A model generated the notes under the pieces. The model was given only the letters and a program-made list of their open reading frames with translations, had not been told where the DNA came from and made no database searches. A program made the translations under genes and the position numbers. A stretch of 64,000 nt of DNA from positions 13,578,001 to 13,642,000 of the forward strand of contig CM120645.1 of NCBI GenBank assembly GCA_051362555.1. The letters run 5' to 3'. How positions within the stretch are numbered: position 1 is the first letter of the stretch; each line of letters begins with the position of its first letter. This document shows positions 37,485 through 50,350 of the stretch, one piece after another. This DNA comes from Lingula anatina. Lineage: Eukaryota > Animalia > Brachiopoda.

Positions 37485-40055
37485 TTATATCTCATTAATA
37501 CTTCTTCTCATGCGGCTGACGGTGGACGTAGAAAACTTGTCATAAGTGTCGGCCTTGATGTCCATGTTGACGTTGTTCACTTTCTTCTTAAGGGTTAGTT
37601 CATAAGACAGGTGTTTGAAGTCGTGAGCTGAAAATAAAAGTATGAAATTATAAGTATAACCTTCTCAGAGTGAGTAAATATTTAAACCTTTCTCAACGTA
37701 TTTTAAATGAAATTATTCTTACCGTAGAATGTTTTGGGCGTTCATGGCGTTCAAATAATGACATATATAAAGTGATATCTTTTAAGGTGACAACCTCGAT
37801 CAACAGATATTATCGTACTGGTAATGTCAAATTCCAATTTCCAACCGATAAAAACTGGAATTCATAGAACTGCTTTGACTTACCAACTTCTGATTCTTCA
37901 TTTTCTTGTCTCCTGTAGATACTGTTGTTAAGGGGTTGTCTATTGGTAGCATCTTGCTGCATTTTTCCTTTAACTTTGCTTATCACTTTCTTGGCCTTGC
38001 GGACTAAAGAATCTGAAGGGAAATCGAAAAGAACTGTTAATGAAATCAGGTATAACTTTGCCTTATTAAGATTAATTTCCTACTAATCACAACTAGCACA
38101 CTTGTATTTTTATTTCATTTTCTTATTTTTTCCTTTATTTGTGGCGTCATTAGCAATAGTAGAAAATGATAAAAAGAAATATGACCCTGATAATGTACAA
38201 TTCCAAAGCTGTCAATCTAAATTAAAACTCACCACCTCTTTTATTCTTCCCGGTCACTGACACACTGGACTGAGCAAGGACTACTGAACAAGGACTGACC
38301 ACCGCTCTGCTGACCACCTAAAACATACAGAATACATATAACGTTAACGTTACAGGAACTCAACTTATTTTTACATTTACGGCATTTACGACATCTAAAC
38401 GTCGGTCTTTAGATCAACATTTTACATTTTATTGTGGTAGCTGAGAGTATGATATCTAAATAAATAAATCAAAGTCTGACACACGAACGATTTGTTTTAT
38501 TTCACCAAATTATCGGGTAAAGGACTAAAGACGTTTGTTCTATTTAAACAATTGGAGGTATTCAACAAATTAAATGGCATTGTTCTTTGGTATCGAAATT
38601 TGTTGTTTAGATATTTGCCGTTCATGTAATATACTCACCATATTCACAGTGTCCCCGCAGTCCACTATTACTTGGATAGCCGTAGACTGGTCAACATGGT
38701 CAAAGGAGTGACCGTTCACACTCAACACACGATCATTTATCCTAAAGAAAAACAAATACAAATACAGACAATTAGTTTTAATGTCCCCTGAATATGACAT
38801 TTTAAAACGATATTATCATAAAGATTTATCATAAAGCAATAAGCATGTTAAATAAGCATGATGAAAATTCTATTTTCAGTGCATATTGAGATTGTGAATT
38901 GATATTACCTGAAGAGCTAACTAGGTATGGGAGAAATTCACATACGTAACTCGTACTGAAACTCGCAAATACACATCTACTAGTTTGATCATATTGCATC
39001 AGAAGTAAAAATACAGAGTGACTTACATTAACTTTCCCTCAGCTGGTCCAATCTTGATGACGTCAGATATGACGATTGAAGGATCACCATTACATGGGTT
39101 GTCATAACCACCACTCACTGCTATACCTAACCCGACCAGACGCATCTACACAAATAAAAAATAATAATAATAATAATAAAAAACAAAAAAACATGATCAT
39201 GGATATCTGGGGAATGTTTTAGGGATGTTGTTACAGTTACACTTTTCAACTTGCTTAAATATCTTTACAAACTTATTAGCAATAAAATGTGTGAAATCTA
39301 AAGAAAAACCAGCCAAAATCTGTGAAACAGAACTAAAAATTGTCGGAGTCAGTACATTTGAGCAGCCTAAACAATAATATACTTTCTATCCAAATCACAA
39401 GTAATGTCATTCAGCTTTAAGAAATTGCGACAATTAAACAAATCAATGCTGAGCGTTTTGAATTAATCAACATCGTTAGTGACTGGGGTCATCTGTTGTA
39501 TACCTATATACACTACGGTAGGCCGATACAGGTTTCTTTTTTTAAGGTGAGCAAAATTATGGAGATAATGTATAAATGCATTTTGAATTAATTGCAGACA
39601 ACTTAACGAAATCTAATTTTTGTTAAAACAAACACTCCATGATTAACGTACCTTGGAGATCTTCACATGATGAGTCTCCCACAAAACTTCCTCTTCAACC
39701 TAGAAAAAGGAAAAACAGATATAAAATAATATATTCGACAAGAAAAAAGACGCATAAATGACAAAAAATCATTTTTTAAATAGAAATCTAACAACAACAA
39801 ATGCCATTTGATATTTAAGTCATTGTTGAAGTAAATAATTTTCATATACAGTAGGCCCTACACGTTCTTTTTATAAAACAATGTATCACTACATTTAAAA
39901 TATTAAAAAATATTTGTGGAAACACATTATAAATAAATAGGGGAATAAATAACACTTCTAAAAGATATGATTCAAACACAATTTTATCAGTACTGTTATA
40001 GTAATAGTACCTGACTCTTCTCTTCTCTCACAACATTACACATCTTCAACTTCAT
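37485..40055 (-). CDS. ZO-1/TJP-like single-PDZ protein, copy 5 (223 aa)
   Basis: Exons 40055-40011, 39699-39652, 39145-39027, 38741-38639, 38317-38233, 38012-37884, 37627-37485; open frame, ends SINEI-TAA. Confidence 0.88.
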
Positions 40056-40794
40056 CTTTTTCTCTTGGAATATCTCTTCTTAACTAGTGAACAACTGAAC
40101 TGCATACAAGGATGACAGGACATGAACTGATGGTAGAACACACTGCAAGCGTGCTTTTATAGACAAGTCACCTGTGATCTTTTGACTACGACAGAAAGAA
40201 CAAATGAAATTAACGATGATCTGTCTGATCAGGTGGCTCGTGCCGCGCGACATCAAAGGCCCGACGTGATTGTTCAATTAATAGTGTAAACAGGTAGTAC
40301 ACTGTTGATTGGAGTTAACTGGGTTACGAGTACCTGTTATATGAAGCCAGTTAACAGGCTATAGACAGTTCATCTCTTTTGTTATACTTTTATGTACTTT
40401 GATGTTAGGTTAATTCCTTTGAATAAGAAAATAAATAATGCCAATCATATATTCGTCGGGAATGAACAGAGGTTGGATAACAAACAAACCACATTTTATC
40501 TCTCTTTCTCTCTCAAAATAAAATAAAATAAAATAAAATAAAATAAAATAAAATAAAATAATAAACAAAGCAAAGTCAAATAGAATAAAATAGAATAATT
40601 CTGAATCATTGTTATCTTTGCCTAACTTTTAAAACTGATGAAGGTCCAAACTCATATGATATATGCAGTTGTTTTATCGTAAATATCAGTACAAAGAATC
40701 CATTGTTCAAAGATGATAAATTATTGCGCAATCGAGTTTCCTACCTAAGCATTTAAAGAGGTGTTTTTCAATTGCTTTAAAGAGTTCTAGCGAA

Positions 40795-40874
40795 AGAACC
40801 TACTGCTATAGCTATTTGAACCTAAGGTCGCCATTTTACGAGACATTTGCTTTCACCAACTAAGCCGTAGTGCC
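40795..40874 (-). pseudogene. Degenerate tRNA-Thr pseudogene (anticodon position reads CGT)
   Basis: Reverse complement GGCACTACGGCTTAGTTGGTGAAAGCAAATGTCTCGTAAAATGGCGACCTTAGGTTCAAAT...; broken anticodon stem, insertion in the T arm; same upstream flank (gccgagatg). Confidence 0.75.
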
Positions 40875-40991
40875 GAGATGAAAAAAAAAAAAAATAAATA
40901 AATGAATATTTTTTAAGTCAGCAGTTATGGGTGATTGCTTTGCTACGAGAAGAAATATAAAAAAGAAGAGTTAAATTACAATTGAGCGAGC

Positions 40992-41063
40992 GGCTCGTTG
41001 GTCTAGGGGTATGATTTTCGCTTAGGGTGCGAGAGGTCCCGGGTTCAAATCCCGGACGAGCCC
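40992..41063 (+). tRNA. TRNAP-AGG: tRNA-Pro(AGG)
   Basis: 72-nt canonical sequence with one C27>T change (T:G pair at top of anticodon stem); TTTT at ~41078. Confidence 0.94.
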
Positions 41064-41129
41064 TGCTACGTCAACTCTTTTGTCTATTGCAGTTTAAGAA
41101 GACAAGTCGAGAATAACCCATTCGTGATG

Positions 41130-41219
41130 TACCCCTCTACCAAATCGAGCTGTCTATTTATCTATAGACATATCTGTGAATATCTGTATAAAATCAATCT
41201 GTCGCCCTGGTAGAGGGTA
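41130..41219. mobile_element. 90-bp MITE with 9-bp TSD
   Basis: TACCCCTCTACCA...TGGTAGAGGGTA termini; ttcgtgatg duplicated at 41121-41129 and 41220-41228. Confidence 0.85.
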
Positions 41220-42322
41220 TTCGTGATGTGTCAGCGATCCACAACGCTCTAACATTTTTATGAAGGCCTAATCTATCTGTATACTAAATATGGTTGATAT
41301 TGAATCAAAATTTGACTTTTATTTGGGTTACGCTTATTTAAACACATGGAAACACATGGAAAATGTTTTCGGATGACATACAAGGCATGGACAACGTGTC
41401 AAAAGTGACCGAAGTAGTGTGAATGGTATAAAATACACTGTATAGCCAATATCATACACAATCGTCAAAATTTGGCAGGATAAAGGTAAATGCATAGTTT
41501 CCATATAATAGGCCAAATCTGTTTTCTCTTAGTAGTTACACAATGGAGTCCGTCTACCTGTACGGTGTCCAGGTGATTAACTGGCTTCTCTTAACAGGTG
41601 AACAATAGGGTCCGTCTACTTGTACATGTAGGCTATATGTTAACAGTTAACCAGTCAGGTCAGTCCCTTTGATTATGGTGTAATTAGTTCTGTTATTCGG
41701 GTCTCATTTGATCGTCTTACTTATTAAAGCAATGACAGTAAATATGATACACTAACGCGTGTAGGCCTACTTTAGAGTCATTCGTTTTTTTTTTCAGTCA
41801 TTGGCTTCTTAGAATATCCTTTCAGTGCTCCACCCGAAAATGCTTATGATCTATATCTAAGATCTAATAAACGGATATTAGATCTTAGTCTACATGTAGA
41901 AGACGATGGCAATTTTGAGCCGCTTTATGTGCCTGCTCGGACTGTAATAAACGCAATCTATATACATATACATATACATATATGTATATGTATATACATA
42001 TACATGTGCTTTATTTTGTCGCACCACGAATGGGCTTTCAAAGCTCAAAGCTCACAATTCCTCACAGAGCATCGATTGTGACCAAGTGAATTGCGATAGA
42101 TGCGATAACAAAGCAATAGGGCTTATAAATACACATTTAGCTAAATCGCAACTAACACAATATTAAAACGTGTCTCTGTTCATTTATATTTAATTACCTC
42201 TAGAAGAAAATCTTTGATTGTGAGGACTAAAAACACCTGATCTCTACGATAGAAAAATGTTGTTTGGATGGGCGTTTTATGTCATTAAACTTCATATGAG
42301 GCCATAAGTTGTTTGATATGAA

Positions 42323-42380
42323 GTTGCCATAGCATTGGTTTACTTATGTCACGTGACTACAACAGGTCTCCAACATGGCC
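42323..42380 (+). promoter_or_regulatory. Candidate promoter of the right-hand gene
   Basis: X-box-like GTTGCCATAGCA (42323), reverse CCAAT (42334), palindromic GTCACGTGAC (42348) and YY1-like CAACATGGC (42371) clustered 90-150 bp upstream of ATG 42469. Confidence 0.55.
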
Positions 42381-42468
42381 ACAAGTGTGTGAAGGAACGT
42401 CCCAGTCATAGATATTCTCGTAATGAAGAGAAAGTGAGTGAAAAGGGTATTGTTTGAAGACATTTATT

Positions 42469-42545
42469 ATGGCTGCAGCTAAAACCAGTGCTCTCCCGAC
42501 GGTTTTGAAGCAGTACGCGCCAGAATATGAGCCGAAGTTCGACAG
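42469..42545 (+). CDS. First coding exon of an unidentified large-intron gene
   Basis: ATG GCT GCA GCT... (MAAAKTSALPTVLKQYAPEYEPKFD) ending at strong donor ag|gtaagt, phase 2, matching the exon at 50140. Confidence 0.6.
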
Positions 42546-42677
42546 GTAAGTTGTTGTCATACACTAAGTCTGAAAATATTGTTGTGTTGACAAGCACAGG
42601 TGCCCGCTGCAAATGACAAACTCCTCAAAATCATTCTCCTTCAGATTTTGTCTTTTTGGCGGCACGTTGGCGTAATG

Positions 42678-42731
<54 letters not shown>

Positions 42732-42977
42732 ACATGTGGGTCTCTCTCCCTTAGCTCTTACGCATTCATTTTTCTTCAGAATCAGTGAATAATGTAGGCT
42801 TGGGTAACTTAATTGTTGTTTCCTTCAATAAATCAATCAGCATACCACCACTTAAGTCTTAATATTGTAGTCATGTTGATGAAATCAATGAACTCAGTGT
42901 ACCAGTACATTAATCAACTGTCGCAGTACTTAATTGGTCAGTGTCAATTGTCTTATTAAAATGTACGTGCCTGCGTG

Positions 42978-43010
<33 letters not shown>

Positions 43011-44382
43011 TGAGTGCATGTAGTAATAGTATAAATTGTACTGCATTGTAGCAGTTCAAATAAAGTCCCACTATATAGCTTTATTTAGTATGGTTACTAT
43101 GCATGCTTAGTCTAATAGACTACCTTGTTAGTATGAATGATTTGTTGTCTCTCAGATCTATATGTTGGACTACTATAGCACACTCATTTTTTGTTCCATC
43201 TGTGCATTTTTGGCGTCGGTGTTATAAATTTATTTAGTAATGGTGGATACTAGTATATATATTTTCTATGGTAGCCAGTATATCTGTGTATACTGCAATA
43301 CATGTATTACAGTAAAGTGCAGTGGATAGAAATATTAGCTTGTAAGAGAAGGCATCAATCCTGAGGATTGATTTGATGTCAGATATTATGACTGGCCTCA
43401 CCATATGCTAATGACTTAGTTTATTCATCATGGAAACATTTTCAGCATTTTCTCAAGGGTTAGTCTACAGTGCGTGTATATGTGATGTCTATTTTGCTTA
43501 CATGGTACAGTGTACTTGTATTGGTTTAAGAATGTGAAGAGTTGTAATAGATTGATTTGACTAAATTACAAGTAGTCTTGAAACTTTGCTAGTATGTGCA
43601 CTAGTAATTACTTTCGTTTTAGGCTAGATTTATGTAATAGGAGTTAGGTAAACACAAGCTTATTTCAATTGCATCATATTATTTTGGAATCTGCCCTGTC
43701 ATGTACACAATCATTGCTGCGTAATATTAATTTGTCATGGGTCGTGTTCACATCGGGACTAAGTTAGGCCAAAAATAGTTAACTACTAGTAATCCTTTTA
43801 CAGGGTGGCCAGATTACATAGCCCCCCCCCCTCCCCCCCGGGCATCATACTGTTATTAGTTCATCACATTTTGATCATGCTAAGGCATGTTTTGCAAAAA
43901 GTCTTATTTTGTTGCTTAAATTAGTGAAAACTGCTTACTAGGAATGTTGACAATGAAATATTTCACTTTATGCTGTCAGTTTCACCTGTAATAAATGCTA
44001 TTGAAACATGAAAGTAGGCTACATGAAACATGAAAGTATTATCAATATGAAAAAGAAATTAGTTGTAAAATGGGGAATATGATGTAAGAGCTTGGAAAAT
44101 CCCCTAAGATTCTTAATGAAATGAAGCTAAGATTTTTGATGAATAGTTTGAAATAAAGACAGCATTTCAATTTAATCAAATTTTTTAGGAATCAGGGCTT
44201 TTGTTGCTTGTGTGCCTTATTTTAGTGAACTTAGTTTGGTGTGGAAAGAGTCGTAGTTTTATACGGTAATGTATACTAGTAGACCTGAATATGTACAGCT
44301 GTATTGCAATATGTGACAGTACATGTCAGCAGTATGTAAAAGACATTGCCACATGTGAATATGTATATACTATTGGGCTCAA

Positions 44383-44551
44383 CAGGGGCGGATCCAGAGA
44401 TATTTTCTGACAGTCTTCCACGTGATCTTTGTTGATCCATCCTCCATTTTTTGACCGTCTTCCGACAGAAAAAATTAGGTACTCATTAATGTAAACTTAG
44501 AAATTTGACCGTCTTCCGGAAGACCGAGAAGACAGCCTCAATCCGCCGCTG
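44383..44551. mobile_element. 169-bp MITE with CAGGGG termini and 5-bp TSD
   Basis: CAGGGGCGGAT...ATCCGCCGCTG; CTCAA on both sides; internal gaccgtcttcc repeats. Confidence 0.85.
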
Positions 44552-46350
44552 CTCAACCCTCTATGTGAAATCACATTGCTCTCACAGTCACAGAAGCTAC
44601 TAATACATGCATATGGAACAACACAAAAAGTATATCATAACTTGAGACAAAAAGAAAATCCCAAAGTATAAGTCAGTTTCTGATTATGACTACTTTAGGA
44701 ATGAACTGCAGGTTGATTTGACTCATGCAAAAAAAAAAAAAAAAAGAAAAAGTTGCACATTGGGTAGAAAAGAAATATTTTAGTAAGACCAGATGTTGAC
44801 CACATACTTACTGTTGGGTGGAGTGAAAATTTTGTTATCTGTACTGTGTATGGGTCAGTTAGTTGTTTCAGCAGAGAAAACTGTTCATTTTAAAAATATA
44901 TAAATCCTAATAATAGCATACTAGTACTAGTAAACCAGGTCTGCTTTCAGATAGAGTTTGTTTTCACATTCATATTCCATGTTTTAGAAAAAAAAACAAA
45001 AAAAACAGTATAGTTTTTAGCAAGTTTTTTTTCACAAAGCCTGTGTGCCTTTATGGCATATGAGAAAATGATAAAAAGACTACATAACTTATTTTCACAA
45101 ATTTATCATCCTTTTGGTCATAAATTAATTATAAAGCTGTAAAAAACAAAGATGAAAGAAAAAGAAGAAAAAGCGAAGAAACAGTGATCTATTTTAATAG
45201 TTGTTCAGGGCACCAGGAGGATCAAAATGTATAACAGTGGTGCAGGCGCTGGTGTATTAGCACTTTCTCATCTCTGAACAGCTATTTCTGTCTAGATATA
45301 CTGGACTGCATAAAGTATAGACTTGGGGTTTTTTCTCCTTTTAAAGAGAATTCTTTTAATGAAAAAAAAGGAGTGAAAAGTTGCTCAGGGATTTTGTCTT
45401 AACAAACAGATCCTGATGAAATTCAGGGCAGCTAGTTGTCCATTTCTCTCTTTGTTTCATACCCTGTTCCTTCTACTATATATTTACAGTGGGTATTTTT
45501 TCTAGCATAAATCACCAATATGACAAAGAAAATGTTTTTTTTTTCAAGAAAAAGGTGACCCCCTTTGAGATGACCCAGAAGAATCAGCTTCCATATCACC
45601 CAGTCTCACTCCTCATAAAACCCAATCCCTGTGTTGACTCTAATAGTACTATGAAAGATCAACTCTCCTGACCCCAAAACTGTCACCCCCGCTTTGTTTA
45701 CATGGCCGGCTATCTGCTGAGGTAGGAAGATAAATGAGAACGCAGCCTCCAGCTCATTGGTTGACAGAGAGACAGGTGTCAGTGCGTACCTTAAGTCTGT
45801 CTTTATTGCCCAGTACATGTACGTTTAGGACACGAGGTTTTCACTACAGGACAGGTTGTAATTGTCATTCACCCATGGGTCTTCAGAAATCATCTATTTT
45901 AGGTTTATCATGGGAACAACGGACAGTGTCATTGAGTACTTGTAGTAGTAGATTTTACTGTGTAGGAGCACCGCATCTCTGGCTGTATTTGTGGAATTAG
46001 GAAATTTGCCATAGCCTTTGGGAATTGCTACTAGTATCAGTTTGTTACCTGGACAAGCAGTGAGAGGGATCAAGCTTTCAGAAGGGTGACAATTCACTAC
46101 ATGGGATGTATTGATTGGTTCTTGTTCAGGTACAGAAAGGGCATGTAGGAGGTATGACTTGTATGATGTGTTAATTACTAATACCATGTTATTTGATAGC
46201 GTGAATTTATGTAACAGCTGGTGTGTGTTGTAACATGTAGGTTATCTAGTTTGATTGGATGTGGTTGCTGATACCTCAAACCGCTAGTTGTTTTTTGTGA
46301 TGATAGCACTTGGACAAGCCTCTGTGTGTGCAAGTGAAATTTTATGCGTG

Positions 46351-46399
<49 letters not shown>

Positions 46400-47129
46400 A
46401 GTTGGCTCTGGGAGACATAATTCTATTCCAAAATGATACATTATTCTATACACCATGCAAAAAAAAAAAAAAAAAAAGGAAGTCAAGTAGCTGAGAAGAT
46501 ATTAGCAAGGACAGCTTCAAACAGCTGATAAGTTAAGGACATGACCAGCAGTGAAAACAAGCTGTGGTCGTAATAATAATAACAAAAAAAGATGTCCCGA
46601 AATAGATGACGTTTAAGATTAAATGGATGATGTTTAAGATGAAATAGATGACATTTAAGATGCACCAGTAAGATAATTATTAGTACCAGCAAGGGCATCA
46701 TAATGTAAAAGAACCATTTAGTCTCTAGTTTGAGCGGAGCCATGGTTGAATTGTGGAAAATATAAAGATTTATATGCAATGAAATAAAACATTTAAATTG
46801 TGTCTAACATGACTATGTGATCTAAAGTAAGCATGATGAAATGGATTTTATTCACTACTGCTATTTTATCTCCTTACTTACATTTTGAATGGCCATTTTT
46901 CAGAAAATTTAATATTAATATTATCATTAAAACACAAGTGGAAAATGTCTAGTTAATGCCCTGTCTTAATAGAACTGTTAGTGCAGTTACTTCTTACTAG
47001 TAGTTATATACTCAGTGTAATCAGAGCACTTGACAGGTTTTGTGCTGAGAGTAGCAGGTTCTTATCTCTGACCTGCACATACCTTAGTGTGGAGGTGTGG
47101 AGATTTGGGTGCAGTACATTGCTATTGCT

Positions 47130-47221
47130 TTCTCTGTCTCTCTCTCTCACACACACACTCTCTCTATCTCCTTTCCTCCTTCTCTCTCTCTCTCTCTCTG
47201 GCTCTCTCTCTCTCTCTCCTT

Positions 47222-47252
<31 letters not shown>

Positions 47253-47272
47253 CCCTTTCCTCCTTCTATCTC

Positions 47273-47314
<42 letters not shown>

Positions 47315-47402
47315 TCCTTCTCTCTCTCTCTCTCCCTTGTCTACAAGTGCGAGCCTGTGATAGCTTGGATGGTGATGTCAGTTTAGGTGGTTGTCAGGTT
47401 AA

Positions 47403-47432
<30 letters not shown>
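47130..47432. repeat. Long imperfect (CT)n tract followed by (GT)n
   Basis: Read directly; explains the Leu/Ser-rich spurious ORFs here. Confidence 0.9.
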
Positions 47433-47433
<1 letters not shown>

Positions 47434-48243
47434 CAATATATTACTAGTGTGTATGTGTGTGGGAGGATACATATGCATGTTTACAGCAGTGTCATTTTAC
47501 TTGTGTTTACAGCTCAGGATAACACCTGACATAATTACCTATAAAAATATTTGCGTTTCTATTATTGTGACAGTTTATGCCCTTACATCTTATATTATAT
47601 GAACTGCTGTCTTTATCCTGGGATGTATCTGAAAATGAAAAGGAATTTTTGTATTAATCCAACTTTCTATCACATTGCAAATATGGGTCTTATTTTTCAA
47701 AGATTTTTTTTATTTATTTTTTATCTGCGCTAGCGTCACTAGAAAGCAATGTCATAAAATAAGCATATTTCACTACTGTTTAAAATTTGCATCAGAAGAG
47801 GCAGTTTGAAAATTGGACTTGATAACATATTTTTTCAAAGTTACTAGCATGCTCTTTTTGCACTTTTAACTTAATTACAGTAATGTTAGTACTGTATAGC
47901 ACATTTTATAAAAATCTCCCTCCAGTCCTCACAGTTTCATATGAAAGGCTTTATATTAAAAGTGTAGTCACTCAGTGTTTACATAATTATCTGTCTGTTA
48001 TTTGGAAAGTTCCCTGATTGCCTGTCATGACTTTGAGATGTCTGTTTGCCCAGTGTTAATCTAGATGTGCTTTATGCCTCAGAGACCATAGAAACTGTTT
48101 GTACAGAGGTTCATCTGTGAGTGCTTTGGACATGTTTGGAAAATCAGAATACAAGCTAAGTTTACTCTACAGTAGATAATAGGAAAATACTTGTAAGTGA
48201 CTCTTTGAAGTTTTTGAAAACTAGTTTATTGTGATTCGTATAC

Positions 48244-48289
<46 letters not shown>

Positions 48290-50139
48290 TTACAAGAAAC
48301 CACTGAATATATCTGCTTTATTTTGAATAACACATTTAAGCAAAATGAAGATGCAGATTCTTGTTAAAAAGATATTATCAAATTGGAACATTATCACATA
48401 TGTATAAATTTATTCCTTCAAATTTGCCACAAGATTGAGACAAAACATCATGTGCAGTGCAAGGCTGTCTTCTCCACTCCACTGCAATTTCTCATCTCAA
48501 CCGTCACATCTAACACAATCATATCTCCCCAGGATCACTAGGTGCCAACTCCATGGTGGTCACTCAGTCTTTTACATCCTCTTTCAGTTCACACCTTTAT
48601 GATCGATCTTTTTTTTTTTTTTCCCATTTTTCTCCTCTCCCAAACATTCCACACCCATGCGCGTCATTGTGTGGGTGTTTTGTTACACTACAAGGCTTTG
48701 ACTCCGTGACGAAAATTGCTTGTTCTCAGTTGACATTGTCATCGACAATGAGAGTTCACAGAGGTGAGGTTTCTCATTCACTGTTGGTATGTGGTCTTTT
48801 TATATCGATACATCTTGTGTACACTTCCCATTGGTCAGTAGCAAAATTGACCTGGACAAGAATTTGAATTTAGGAACTTTGGAATAAAATCTGTAACCAG
48901 CCAAAGTGATGTCACTAGCAGTTTGTCTCGTAGACATTTTGTAGACAATTGGGGTAAACTCACTAGTTAACAAGGAAGGGGTTGCCCTTTTTGTTATGAA
49001 TAATGAAAAGAAATGGCTCTCAAATATCATATTTATGTAGTCTGTTTTGAGATACAAAGGCCTGTCACTGAATTATAAAGTTCATATTGAATACACACGT
49101 CCTCGCTGACACTCCACTTTATTGACTTTTTATGCCTTCACTTCGGCATCTTCATAATATAAATTTGTATGCCAGTTTTGATGCAGTTGAAGAGCCATAT
49201 GTAAGCCAGTATGAAGAATTATAATAAGTGCATTTTGTTTAGTAGTAGTGATTTTTCATTATTTACTAACTGTTACCCTGTCATCAATAATGTCCTTTAC
49301 TGTACATTTTTAAAGTGATAGCTTTTTATGAAGACACTGTTTCTGAGCATGTACTAGTACCGTAGCCTTCACCCATGATGTTTGTCAATATTGCTCTGCA
49401 GTTTCCTCGATTAAACACCTTAGAAGGAAAACCCTGTTACTTATTATTCTCAAACTTACAAGTATGATACTGAGAACTGCAATGAAGCTCAAGATTGAAA
49501 AGCAGCTTGACTGGATTGTATAAATTCTTAAACTTCTTTGAATCTGAGCAAAGGCTGACTGACATGCAGAACTTAAAAAATAGTTTGTGTCAATTTCGAT
49601 GTGATTTACCTAGTAGGAGAACTTATTTAAATTTGTACCTTTTAATTGAATTGGAATTTTAAGGATGCGGCAAGCTTAAGCCTGTGGATTATAATACATG
49701 ATCTAGAAATAAAGGGAAGGTTCGAGGCAATATGGCAATCCCAAAAAGGGTCTCTTTAAGGTGGAAAGATTGAAATGTTTCTATAAAAAGTTCACAGAAA
49801 AAAATATTTCAGATGTTCAGCCTGTGGGTTGCATAATGATATATTGAGAGAGAATGTCACTGTAGTAAAGAAGATTATGAAATCAGTCAAATAGATAATG
49901 TAAAACACAAAATTTAGACATTAAGTATGCTCAAAATCATGTAACATGTTTTGTGCCTACATTCAATATTGTCATCCATCGCCACAAGTTATTTGTTTAG
50001 TAATTTTAATTTTTCCAATTTTTAAAATGCTTGAATCTTTCTGTCAATAAGAAAAAAGCCCTCCCAAGCACCCAGTCAAGTAGAATCTTCACATTAAGCT
50101 ATTAAAGTAAATTCACACTTGTGTGCTGTTTGCTTACAG

Positions 50140-50350
50140 CCCCAAAAGAGAAATTGCGAAAGGGGGAAATTTGACAGTGTCAAGTTCTGACCACAAACCA
50201 CACGGGGGTGACCACAAGGCAGGTAACCAGAAGACTGACCACCACAAGTCGACTGACCACCACAAGCAGTCAAAGCATGGGAAAGAAGGAAAGAGGAAGA
50301 GTGAAGAAAGGTTGTCCAGGGACTCCAGTTTTGCTGAAGCGACACAGAAG
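50140..50350 (+). CDS. Second coding exon of the unidentified gene (His/Lys-rich low complexity)
   Basis: Acceptor tttgcttacag, donor aag|gtaatt; 211 nt open in the frame set by exon 1: SPKREIAKGG...DHKPHGGDHK...RLSRDSSFAEATQK; purine-rich island in AT-rich intron. Confidence 0.62.

Noticed and set aside
12171-40055. One long multi-PDZ (full-length ZO-1) gene or a cassette-exon gene
   Set aside because: Each unit has its own TATA/Inr, ATG exon, stop and poly(A) signal; all five PDZs are the same PDZ1; no SH3 or GUK exons were found.
45840-46060. Possible decayed LINE C-terminal fragment (AVFVELGNLP)
   Set aside because: One weak motif across frameshifts; not supportable without a profile search.
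46178-47602. Several 70-180 aa ORFs
   Set aside because: Translations of (CT)n and (GT)n microsatellites.
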